Part shown: piece after piece, positions 36,531 through 48,400 of the stretch
Numbering within the stretch: the stretch's first letter is position 1
Layout of the letters: each line of letters opens with the position of its first letter
Origin: Octopus bimaculoides
Taxonomy: Eukaryota
Direction of reading: 5' to 3'
DNA: 53,549 bases
NCBI RefSeq assembly: GCF_001194135.2
Contig: NC_068981.1
Location: 35,883,912 to 35,937,460, forward strand
The notes under the pieces: generated by a model
Databases searched by the model: none
What the model saw: the letters and a program-made list of their open reading frames with translations, nothing else
Told to the model about the DNA's origin: nothing
Made by a program: the position numbers and the translations under genes

Positions 36531-37661
36531 CATATAAGCTTTAAATGACATTTTACTATGTTATGTGCAGTGAAGAAGTATTGTAGTAGCAGGTCTTCAA
36601 TATACACCCATCTCACACACGCTATTGAAAACACACCTATGTTTCATTTTAACATGTTTTATTATTAATGGTTTTTCAAGTTTACTTATTAATTCTTTAT
36701 ATTTTGTTCGGAACAATAGATTTTTGATATCCATTGATGTTTCAAAACCTGCTTGGTCTCTAAATGTCTGAGAGGATTTTAATTTTTCTGAAGTAATAAC
36801 CTTATCTTTTAGTATGTATTGCAATTGTTACTCCAACACTAAGATTTGATTGATTTTGATCATTCATTCTCATCACATAATTTATTCCTTGGATGTGTGC
36901 AAAAATGACACTATTGTCCATTGTTCTTAAATTAAGGGTAACAATATTCTTATCCACTGATGAATGGTCCAATCAACTGGATGAAGCAGTTTCAATGGTA
37001 GTTCTTATATGACTGAAGGAGAAAATCATGGGAATATTGTTTAGCTTCAGGTCAACCTTAATAGAGCAATCAGCCATGGCTATCTCCTCTTTTAAGAAGT
37101 ATATAGGACTACATCATCAAATGACTCCTTTACTTATTTAAGATGACAGAAAAGGATTTGAGAGAGATTTGACAGCTATTTCTAGCAGACTGAGCAATTA
37201 CATAAAGGTTTTCATATTGACTCAATACAGTAGTGATAAGTATCCTCATCTGTTTGGTGTTACTTTGCTGGTAAAATTTGATATCTGTGTTTCTAGATTT
37301 ACATATTTCCCTCTTCCTATAGCATTCCAGAATAATGTACTTCTTTCTAGAGAGGAACTAAACATCATCATTGATCAAAAAGTAAATTTAAAGTAAGGTA
37401 AAAAATAATAAACAGACACAGGAGTATGTGTTAGGTGTGTGTGTGTGCATATATATATATATGTGTGTGTGTGTGTATACATCTACTACATATGTGGGAA
37501 ATTATGTCTGTGGGTGTGTTTGTGGAGTTGTTAGCTAACTCCTCCTACATTGTTTTATCGATTTTGATGAAACTTGACATGTGAGTAGAACTCATGTCTG
37601 AAAACCTCATGGCATACTCAGATTGTTGAAAAATATCAATGATAGGGCCCCTGGAAGTGAT

Positions 37662-37697
<36 letters not shown>

Positions 37698-38230
37698 NNN
37701 NNNNNNNNNNNNNNNNNNNNNNNNNNNNNNNNNNNNNNNNNNNNNNNNNNNNNNNNNNNNNNNNNNNNNNNNNNNNNNNNNNNNNNNNNNNNNNNNNNNN
37801 NNNNNNNNNNNNNNNNNNNNNNNNNNNNNNNNNNNNNNNNNNNNNNNNNNNNNNNNNNNNNNNNNNNNNNNNNNNNNNNNNNNNNNNNNNNNNNNNNNNN
37901 NNNNNNNNNNNNNNNNNNNNNNNNNNNNNNNNNNNNNNNNNNNNNNNNNNNNNNNNNNNNNNNNNNNNNNNNNNNNNNNNNNNNNNNNNNNNNNNNNNNN
38001 NNNNNNNNNNNNNNNNNNNNNNNNNNNNNNNNNNNNNNNNNNNNNNNNNNNNNNNNNNNNNNNNNNNNNNNNNNNNNNNNNNNNNNNNNNNNNNNNNNNN
38101 NNNNNNNNNNNNNNNNNNNNNNNNNNNNNNNNNNNNNNNNNNNNNNNNNNNNNNNNNNNNNNNNNNNNNNNNNNNNNNNNNNNNNNNNNNNNNNNNNNNN
38201 NNNNNNNNNNNNNNNNNNNNNNNNNNNNNN
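37698..38230. other. Assembly gap (533 N)
   Basis: Run of N between (TA)n and a SINE 3' half. Confidence 1.
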
Positions 38231-38412
38231 TCACTTGACAACCGATGCTGGTGTGTTTACGTCCTTGTAACTTAGCGGTTCGGCAAAAGAGACTGATAGA
38301 ATAAGTACTAGGCTTGCAAAGAATAAGTCCTGGGGTCAATTTGCTCAACTAAAGGTGGTGCTCCAGCATGCCCACAGTCAAATGACTGAAACAAGAAAAA
38401 GAGTAGAAGAGT
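38231..38412 (+). mobile_element. 3' half of a young SINE family D/A copy
   Basis: CTTGACAACCGATGCTGGTGTGTTTACGTCC..TAACTTAGCGGTTCGGCAAAAGAGA..GACTGAAACAAGAAAAAGAG; CpGs retained. Confidence 0.9.
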
Positions 38413-38727
38413 ATATCTAATATATTTCATTTTAACTGTCAAGGGAAATAACCGATTTGCCCAGATTTTAACAGCCAAGGGAATGACCCATTCATTTTCC
38501 TAAATCATTTGGTATAAATCAAATTGAGTATGCTTATTTCTTTGTATTTGAACTGTTAGAGTTATTTTGTAAATTTATCCAGCACAATGCTTTCAAATGC
38601 CCCCAAAGATAGAAATCAAGAGGGGTCAGATCAGGGGATCTTGGGAATCTTATAAACTGTCTCTTATAAAAACATAAACTTTTCCTATGTATGGAGACTT
38701 TTGAATCAGCCTGTATATATGTATTTA

Positions 38728-38943
38728 TGAGGGTATGCTGAAAAGCTCCTGGTTATAAGGGTATCATGAAAGTCCTGTTTGGAGGCACAACCTCCCGAGT
38801 TCTTTTACAGAGCTTAGAAAAACTGAAGGACTGCTCAATAAGTGTGTGAATCTGAGAGGGGAATATGTTCAATAAGATTATAATTAACTGATCCTCCTGT
38901 ATTTTCTTTTACCTAAAGCCAGTAACTTTTCATCCCCTCTTCA
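38728..38943 (+). mobile_element. Mariner-derived non-autonomous element (MITE), TA-flanked
   Basis: Imperfect terminal inverted repeats TA|TGAGGGTATGCTGAAAAGCTCCTGG..CCAGTAACTTTTCATCCCCTCTTCA|TA; internal remnant reads NKCVNLRGEYVQ*, like the mariner transposase C-terminus KCVxxxGxYVE. Confidence 0.75.
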
Positions 38944-38969
38944 TATATATATATATACATACACATATG

Positions 38970-39048
<79 letters not shown>

Positions 39049-39057
39049 ATGCATATA

Positions 39058-39067
39058 NNNNNNNNNN
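39058..39067. other. Assembly gap (10 N)
   Basis: Run of N. Confidence 1.
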
Positions 39068-39110
<43 letters not shown>

Positions 39111-39420
39111 GTATCAGAGTATTAGCAGCACTATTTCAATATATGCTTTATGTAGAGTTCTATAGAAAGTAGGACAACTTTGGATATAATTTACGATGTC
39201 AAAATCTATATTACTTGAAACAGTTCATCTGCTACTCTTCTTAATAAACACAGCATCTGTGTCACACACTGAACTAGCATCTAGCCTAAAGGGATGAATT
39301 TGTGGAGGAAGAACATGTTTCACTGGAATAAATCCATGAAAGACACAAATATGTTTATCGTTTCTTTTCTATCTTCCACATTGCATTATCATTTAGGAAA
39401 GAAGACCTAAAACTTGGAGC

Positions 39421-39494
39421 GTTCCATTGGAAGGGAGGATGGATGGTGGTGGAGTTTAATGGGGAAAGAATTAGTCTGTTGACCTTTCACTCAA
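39421..39494 (+). repeat. Copy 1 of a local direct repeat (copy 2 at 40357-40423)
   Basis: Identical over 67 bp except a 7-nt GGATGGA insertion in copy 1. Confidence 0.95.
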
Positions 39495-39944
39495 AACTTC
39501 TGCCAGTAATAGTCTGCAGGGAGTGTGTGTAGATATGAGTAATTGGTTCGAGATAATGGCTAGACAACATGGAAACATATGAGGGTGAACACTGCATTTG
39601 AAAATACACTTGTCTAAAGTATTTACATTCTGTGTAAAAAATGATTGGTTAGTCAGACTGAAGAAAGATATTTTTAATTAGCCATCATAAAAGAATCACT
39701 TGAGAAATATTTGACCACTGCATAAGCATGGATATATTTTTAGCAATTTATTTAATTTTGTAGTATTCACTTTTGTTTTTGTTTTCATTTAACATTGATA
39801 TAGCAAATATCAGTAATATAATGGCTTTAATTAAATCAAATTTAATGCTATTAAGCTATCTCATACAAAAATTTGTATGATGTCAATCCAACAGAAATCA
39901 ATTTTGGAACTAATGATATCAGGTTTTTTTTTTATTATTTTAAA

Positions 39945-40330
39945 CATCATCATCATCATTTAACATCTGCTGTCATTGCAGGCATGGGTTGGACAGTTTG
40001 ACTGGGATGGCACACTGGAAGGCTGTGTCAAGCTCCAGTCTGATTTGGCATGGTTTTCTATGGCTGGATGCCCTTCCTAATGCCAACCACTCCAAGAATG
40101 TAATGGGTGCTTTTACGTGCCACCAGCACGGGTGCCATTTGTGTGACAGCAATATCTACTAAGACTACAATTTTGCTCAGCTTGATGGGTCTTCTTCTCA
40201 AGCACATCATAATGCCACAGGTCTTGGTCATTGCTTCATTGCCTCCATTGCCTCAGTGCAACCTCACCTCCATGAAGCCCAAACTCGAAAGGAACTCAGC
40301 CACTTTGCTTGTGCCTCCTAACATAAACAG
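39945..40330 (-). mobile_element. RTE-tail SINE / RTE 3' UTR with upstream extension
   Basis: CATCATCATCATTTAACATC..GGCATGGGTTGGACAG..GGCTGGATGCCCTTCCTAATGCCAACCAC..GGGTGCTTTTACGTGCCACC. Confidence 0.8.
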
Positions 40331-40356
40331 TTAAGATAATTTTGTAAAAGTTGGAT

Positions 40357-40423
40357 GTTCCATTGGAAGGGATGGTGGTGGAGTTTAATGGGGAAAGAAT
40401 TAGTCTGTTGACCTTTCACTCAA
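40357..40423 (+). repeat. Copy 2 of the local direct repeat
   Basis: GTTCCATTGGAAGGGATGGTGGTGGAGTTTAATGGGGAAAGAATTAGTCTGTTGACCTTTCACTCAA. Confidence 0.95.
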
Positions 40424-42384
40424 CATGGAACCAAACTCAACTTGACCAAAGTTCCAGTTTTAATTATTAAAAAAAATTTTAACAGCTAACAGGACAGCTA
40501 AATATCAACTTTATAATCTTAAAAGCAGGAAATATGATATTCTTCAGATAGGGTTAAACTAAGACTACTAACACTATGTGAGCTTAATAAGAGCACAATA
40601 TCACAATGCCTCTAGTAGGATTTGAAATTCCATTTTTTTAGTTTAATGTTCTGTTTATTAAAACAAGGTAATAATTTTACTTACTAAATGTTTAACTTGA
40701 TTCTCTCTGCACTCTGCCATTTAAACTACACACAAACAAGCAACAATACTGTTTCTTCTCTCTTCCTCATTCTCATACAATGGATAAGAAACTGAAATAA
40801 TGGGTTTTTTTCAACCCTCACTGGCAACTAAATATATCAGCCATTTCTACAAACTCAATTGCTTACTCAGAGTATTCTCAATTTCTTTGGGTAGTGGGTT
40901 TCACTCTATTCCTCTAAATATACAGTATTTACTGGTTAATAAAATTTCTTTTTGCAAGTCATATGTATGACATATGATGTAGTCTATGTCTGTTTAAATC
41001 TTGTATTTGCTTAACTGATGAGTTTCAAGTTTATTGCTGATCACTTGTAATGAGCAATACAGTTATTTAGGAGATTGACTGCTCACCTAAGACTTGTTCA
41101 TACTATGGTTCCAAAATATAGACCCCGCAAATCTCAAGAAAACATTCTCAACACTGTATTCCATCTACTTATGAAAAATACAGTATCAAAAACTTCCAAG
41201 CAAGGTGTTATAAAGATGCAGAACAGGTATGAACAGAGAATAGGTGACTATGTGGGGGAGCCCCTGACTTAAAGAAAATTTATGAAATTTGGAGAGCTGT
41301 ATTTGAATTTCCTCAAATTAGGAATAAGAATCCAAATAACGAAATACAGACAGACAGACAGACACACACACACACTCACACACACACACACACACACATA
41401 CACACACAAGGAAGAGAAAGAGAAAGAGGGAAGTAGAGGGAGAAAGAGTGAGAGAAAAATAAAGATATTTTTCAATCTCTTATTTCTTCTAGCAAAATAT
41501 TTCACTTCTTTATTTTTAACCCATCACCAACCAATGACCTTTGTGCTCTTCCTTTATGTGATTTCCAAATACATGTGCACACACACACACACACACACAT
41601 AACTACATGCGTATACTCACATTTAACCGAGTTTAATAAAAAGCTGTTTTCTTAATGAAATTAACTGGAAAAATTTCTTCTTTTATAGAAAAAATCCTGA
41701 AGTACAATTTAACATCATTTAAATTTATTTTCTTTATTCAAAAATTTTGGCAAAATTTTCAACTAGAATTAAATTTTAGGTATCTTTCTCTTTCTTTCTT
41801 TTTCTTTGATTCTTCTTTCTCTTGCTGTAACATTCGCCTTTCACCCAATCTTTTTTACTCACTCACTCTACTACATTTGCCTTGCTATAGTGAGGTAGAA
41901 TGGTTGAATAGTCAAGTTATAAAACAAACTACTCCTACAGGCATTGCATTGTGTCCTTTTTTTTTTTTTTTGGCAGGGTGAGAAAACCTTCCAATCTTTT
42001 TGGCTCAAGATAACCAATAAAATAGTTAAGCACCAGTTCAAGCTCATAAAATAGTTTGCATAGGTATCATTAATGAAATCAGAGATGCATGCTTGAGAAT
42101 AACCAATAATGCAGTATTATAAGTATATTGAGGCATGTGTTATAGTATAAGGGGAAATTACTGAGCTAAGTTCAATAGTTAATTGAAAGACATTTTATTT
42201 CTGGCTGATGCCATTTAACTTCTCTGACATTATAAATGCAGATTAATTTTAATAATGTCAATAATGTACCTTTATGTAGTTATTTGACTTGTGAGAAATA
42301 ACAGCCAAATTTCCTTGCAGTAACATCATACCATTTTAGAAAAATATGGTTGCATTAAGTAATGTACTCCTAGAAACAATCCTT

Positions 42385-42535
42385 CTAAATAAAAGACAGG
42401 ATGGTTATTGCTAGAATGCTTTTGATTGCAGGTCTGTTCAGTTAGAGCTTACTTGGGGCTAACCACCACCACTACCACCACCACCACCACCACCACAACC
42501 ACCACCACNNNNNNNNNNAACAACAACAACAACAT
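42385..42535 (+). mobile_element. SINE 3' end (same family as 22350-22655) with (ACC)n/gap/(AAC)n tail
   Basis: AGACAGGATGG..GCAGGTCTGTTCAGTTAGAGCTTACTTGGGGCTAA; N gap at 42509-42518. Confidence 0.55.
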
Positions 42536-42554
42536 CGTTATCAGCAGCTGCAGG

Positions 42555-42960
42555 AATAAAAGAAGTGGTTGTGTCTTTGTCTAGTTGACAAAGATTAGTT
42601 TGCTATGTCCCCAGCAGAGGATATTTCTGAGGTTTCCATTCAGAAAACAGTGCTAGTCTGGCATGAAATGGCTAGGTTTGTATGTAGATAGTACCTATAT
42701 ATGTGTATGAAGGGTGGTAGTATCTGTATGGGAGTGCGTGTTTGTGTGGTTAGAAGTAACACTAAGTACATCATTCATAATGTACACAATGAAGAGTATT
42801 GGAGAGAAAGCTGAACCTTGGGGTAAATCAGAGTTGATGGAATGTTGGCCAGAGAGTCTTAATCCAAGATTCGTGAAATGGATGGTAAGTTAGCAAGGTG
42901 GTTCTTATGTGTGTATTACTGCCACACACCTGAAACATTTGATTGTTTGGGGTTGGAAGT
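42555..42960 (-). mobile_element. Degraded CR1/L2/Jockey-group LINE reverse transcriptase fragment
   Basis: Minus strand reads HSINSDLPQGSAFSPILFIVYIMNDVLSVTSN.. and LNGNLRNILCWGHSKLIFVN*TKTQ, matching INSGVPQGSVLSPxLF..INDL and LNxDLxxIxxWG..N.SKTQ. Confidence 0.75.
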
Positions 42961-44702
42961 ATGGTTGTGTGAGGGATGTAAATAAGTAGCTAAACATAAT
43001 CAGAGGGATGGTATCAGTTATTTACTTAACTATTTCAGATGGGCTAACCCATCTAAAATACTAAAGTAAATCACATTTGCTACCAAAAGTAGTCAGCATG
43101 GAATTATAATTTAACTGATTTGAAGCATGGAATTATGTAAAGTTAGGGCTGTTGTTCAGCAAAAGGATAGAGATGGTAACAATATCTCATCAATTTTCCT
43201 AATATTCTTGCTCTTATACACTTTCCATTAGTTTGATCACCAAAATTCACCATTATATGAATTTAGCACCTCTTCCACAGCTTAAAAATTTGTAATATTT
43301 GTGTAGAAAGCTTAAAAAAAAACCCATTCATCTAACAAAAACAGAAAACGAGTGAAAAACATTATTAAAAAAGAGACTAAGCAAAAATAGAAGTTAAAAA
43401 ATAATGAAGTGAGATGAGAATGATTTGGGTAAGAACACTGCTTTAATTTTCTATAATTTTGATTTGTAGAAGCCAAAAATAATTGTGACATATCCTTCAA
43501 GGTACAGACTTGAGATGTCTGGTAAAATAGACTGTATAGAGAGGGATTGCTATCTTAAATACAGAGACTAGGAAATTACTTCATTACAACATTATATCAA
43601 AGGATAAAGCAGCTGGAGTTTATTTTACTTAAGGACACATGATAACTGATCTCTTTTAAGTTTCTTCATAGAAGGAATAATATGTATGTGTCTGATCTGA
43701 GCTCATATAGGAGAGTAGTACTTCAACAGCAAATACACTATTTGTGCCCTTAGGTGACCTACGATTACAGCAGTAAGGAATGAGACTTAGAATAATAGAA
43801 CAATTTGTATGTGTGAATATGTATATATGTATGAATTTGTGTGTGTGTGTGTGTGTGCATGCGTATATGTGTGCATGTGGGTGTAATTTGTGTATGCATG
43901 CACGCATGCAAGTTTCTTGCATGCAAATGCCTATGTTAATACTTCCTATTGTAGTGAACAAATGTAAACATTGAAATTTGGCAGCATGTAAACTGTGTGT
44001 TCTTAGTGTGTATGTAACACTGTATTTCATGGAAATACATCAGACCACGATGCTGCAATGCATTTCCTGGCAGTAGACTCAATTGGACAAATATGGACAC
44101 TTAGGAAATGCAAGACTCCCTTCTGGCCATGTACTTTTCTTTTCTAATTTACAAAAGATCCCAGCTCCATAATTCCTGTGTAATTTCCGATGAAACCCTC
44201 ATACCACTTTATATCATTTCCTCCCACAACACTATACCATTCACCACTGATACTGTATCTCACAGAAGACTGCTATCTAAGAAAACAATGAACTGAATAT
44301 ACTAATACACTTTGAGTTATAAACTCTGGAATGTTCAGCCTTTTATCACCGCAGGCACATACTAATAGACCAATGCATAATTCAACTACAATGACATCGA
44401 ATTCCAGTCAAAATTGATGAAATAAATAGTGAAATTTCAGCAATTTTTCTGAACAGGTATTCAGAGTGTTAAGGCAGCTATTAGCAAAATGATCTAGAAT
44501 TTATAAGGAAATATATTAATACAAATGGAAGCTATTATTCATGACTTTTAAATTACTTGCATTTGTAATAATACTTATATAGATTACAACATTATTAGAT
44601 ATAGAATAAGAGATTTGTATATAGTGTATGTGTTTATGATTTTTGTTTGTCACTTCGTAGTGATATCTTTTTAAAGAAATTAGCTATATATGTTTGCATG
44701 TT

Positions 44703-44739
<37 letters not shown>

Positions 44740-44744
44740 ATATG

Positions 44745-44912
44745 TGCTTAGTAGCATTTTGTCCATCTTTACATTCTGAGTTCAAATTCCACCCAAGTTT
44801 GACCTTGCCTTTCATCCTTTAAGTACTGAGACTGATGTAAATGACTTCTTCTCCCCTGCAACAAAAAACCCCATAAGACCTGTTGGCTCTGTACCATAAT
44901 CTAAAACTATTA
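44745..44912 (+). mobile_element. SINE family B, 5'-truncated with internal deletion
   Basis: CATCTTTACATTCTGAGTTCAAATTCCAC..GCCTTTCATCCTTT matches 44985-45040. Confidence 0.7.
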
Positions 44913-44927
44913 TTTTGAGAATCTTTA

Positions 44928-45138
44928 AGGTAGTGAGCTGGTAGAACTATTAGCATGCTGGACAAAATGCTTAGAGGTATTTCATCCATCTTTACATTCT
45001 GAATTCAAATTCCACTGGGATCGACTTTACTTTTCATTCTTTTGGGGTCAATAAAATAAGTACCCGTGAAGTACTGGGGTTGATGTGATTGACTTCCCTC
45101 TCAAAAGACTGCTGACCTGGTGTCAAAATTTGAAACCA
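44928..45138 (+). mobile_element. SINE family B, near full length
   Basis: AGGTAGTGAGCTGGTAGAA..B-box GAATTCAAATTCC..GGGGTCAATAAAATAAGTACC..CTGGGGTTGAT..CAAAATTTGAAACC. Confidence 0.85.
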
Positions 45139-45199
45139 TTTTTATGGAAATCATTTCAAAAGCCATAAAGCTTAGATATATTATCCCTACTTTAATTAT

Positions 45200-45450
45200 A
45201 ATAAGAGATGTTTTGCAAGAAATTATCTGCTTCTGCACTGAACAAGTTAAATGACTGCATAAAAATGCCTACTGTTTTTGTGATGATGTTTAATGATGAG
45301 TTGGGCAGGAAAGATATAAAGCAGGAATACTACAATATTTGTAAAAGATGTGATTAGAATCACAAAAGTAACTTTGAATGTAACAAGCACGACAGTTTTC
45401 TATGCTAAAAGGGTGAAATATAAAGTCGTTTGTGAGAAAAGTTTTGTTTA
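45200..45450 (+). mobile_element. Possible relic of a piggyBac-type cysteine-rich C-terminal domain
   Basis: Reads ..YNICKRCD*NHKSNFECNKHDSFLC*..(shift)KVVCEK, spacing like CxxC..CxxC..(V/L)CxxH..VC. Confidence 0.25.
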
Positions 45451-48400
45451 CTTGATGAACATTTTAAGACACTATAATTTATTTATGTGATATAGACATC
45501 TTAAGGGGAAACATAAGATAATATTGATAATTTAGACTAACAAAACATTTTAATTTATGTGTCTAGGGATTTTTTTTTTTGTTTTTTGGTCAACCACTTA
45601 AACAAACAAAACTAAATAAACATAAATATAAGAAAATGTTGACTATTTGTGATTCAAACATCAATAAATGTAGTCAGTCTTATTGGATTGTCGACATTCA
45701 AGAAAATAATACTTAACTCTTCCTTTTACTGGTATTTTATTTGATAAAATAAATACTGCTTGCTAATAATAGAGGTGAAAATAATTCTACATCTCGCCTG
45801 AAATAATTTGTGATTTTAGCAGTTACTTTGCCTAATATCTTTTATAATATGATATAAAACTATAATTACAATAAAAAAATTTCTGCAAACAAGTTTATTT
45901 CCTCTTAAGAGGCACTATAAGCTTTATATCTCCATAAAATATTGATTATTCTCTTGCAGATTAAAAGAGATGCAGCTGGCTGCACCATTAGAATGCCACC
46001 TCTATCAAGATAAGGTGGTTTGATTTCCATCACTGGCAATTTGCTGCATCTTTGGCCAAACCACTTAACTTTCTTATATTCAGTCTTACTATCCATAAAT
46101 AAGCACCAAATAAGACACAGGTTACTGTAACAAATGGTGTATGTATTATATATATTGTATATATTGCGACTGCTTTCTTAAACTTGTATTGCTAAACAAG
46201 AATCCTCCATGAGCCCAGAGAATGCAATGGACAGCAATTTTATTGTTTCTTCTCTTGAATAATTCCATAAAAATAAATTCTTTAATGATGTCCCTAAAAC
46301 ACGAAGGTTGATGGAGCATTATCTGTAATGGGTTGTAAATAATGTGTTAATATTAGAATTATAATTGTGCGCAAGGAATTGAACTAAAAATATAGAGTTA
46401 ATGTTTTGAAACATGATTATCCTGTGCATAGAATTAAGCTAGTAAAATGCTATGAGTACATATTTAAAATCATTTCACATTTTCTATCTACATGAATATG
46501 AATTAGTGAAATTTGCTATAAAATTTTGTTATATAAAACATTCAACACACACACACACACACATACACACACACACATACTGAAACTATAACAATGAAAA
46601 TAAAACATAGTTCTAAGAAAATAATTGTGGCTTAGAATTGTTATTTAATATAATGGAAAAGAAAATCCTGTTTACATTTATAATGTGCTTTTATCATTTG
46701 TGAGGTGTTTTAGGTGTCTCTCCATTGTATAAGCAAACAAACTTACTGTATTAATGATAAAAATATTATAATGAAATATATTAGATTTGAGCAAAAATAC
46801 TTGCATTAAGCAGAAATGAATAGACCTGCACCAATGCAATTCTAAGCAGATTTTACTGCACATGTAGTGAGAATGTGAAGAAGATATTGGTATTCATTAT
46901 AATTGTCTGGCAACTATGTTGAATTTTATTAGCAGAGATATTCTTAGAGAGAGGATGAAAGAGGAAGATGGCATCAGTTTGTGAGCTTGTGTTAGTTTTA
47001 AAGAAGTTACCGAGAATTGTGAGTCAGAGATGTAACATGTCATGTCTGAAAACTAATGTTGAATGATAAACACAGCTTTAGGAAGTTCTAGTTTGGTCAA
47101 AAATCTTCATGTCATTAATGAAGCATATATATATATATATATGAATACTTTAACTGACTTTAACTCAACAAGACCTCTCAGATTTGTAATAGTCAATTGA
47201 TAAAATCTCATGTCAATATTTGCAGAAAAAAGAAACTAGAACAAAAGAGGGTTTGCTCATAGGTTTAAAATCTGTGATCTGTTAAGAATGTAAATATCAT
47301 ATAGATGAAATTCTACCAAGTTGATATATAAAGAACAACCATATGTAAAGTTTTAGGTTACAGCATCAATAACAAAGGCTTCACATATCATATCCGAGAA
47401 TGCATATAAACAAATAGTTTAATTTTTTCTTTCAATTAGACTGCCATAAATATCAATTTGTAAATTTTTATGTTGGATACAAATTCCTCATTCTATAATC
47501 TTTGCCTGCCATTCTCTGTTTTTGACGTAATTCTAACTCTTCATCATTATTCTTTTTATTTTAAGTATTTTATATTTTCTATATTTAATTTATGGAAAAA
47601 AAAAAAATGGAAAAAGGGAAGTGAAACTGTTGTATGACTACGATTGTGAGAAATATTATATGAAATACTGTTGGTGTAGCATGTTATAGAATTTTAAATT
47701 GTTTCAGGCAAAACTTTAGAAGTCTTTTGTCCATATTTGTTTTGTAATGCAGATTGTATAAGAAATTGTTTAGAAAGTCTAACAAAGAAGATTTGAAAAT
47801 ACCAGAAAGAAATGAAAGGAATATGATGAGATGAACATCAGATAAACTAAGAACAAAAATAGTGCATTGATATTAAAGCTACTGAGAATAAAATTTAAAA
47901 AGTGCAAGGAGGATCTTGAAAATGGTAATATAGGAATTCCTGTCAAGAATGAAGTAAACAAGTCTATAAATAGTAAGAAATGAAATAAAAAGCAAGTTGA
48001 TAAAATAAAAGACCAAATAAATAAGGCCAGGATTTGATTGATTTAGATTTAGGATAATAAAAATGATCAATGAAGATGAAGACAAATGATTTTGCAATCT
48101 TCAATACTGACTTTGAAATGGCAATATCAAAATATTAACCCTTTAGATATGAAATTTACTGAAGCTCCTAAAACAACTGTAACTATCTTTACAAAATGCT
48201 AAAAGAAAAATGGTACTATTTTTAAAATTCTGTATAAAGTATTTGAATCATAATAGACAATGAAAATATAGCAGAAATCATTGACACCCCTGTAAGAGTG
48301 GAAAAATGGACTAACCAAACTCTTATAAAGAGAATATTGGTTGAGATGAGAGGAAGTCGTAGGAGTTGTTGAGAGTCCATAGAAGTCATAGGAAGTCGTT

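Noticed and set aside
37545-38348. Long ORFs across the N gap (also 5570-6002)
   Set aside because: Artefact of translating N
39861-39880. TCATACAAA-AA-TTTGTATGA palindrome
   Set aside because: A 9-bp AT-rich arm is expected by chance in 53 kb
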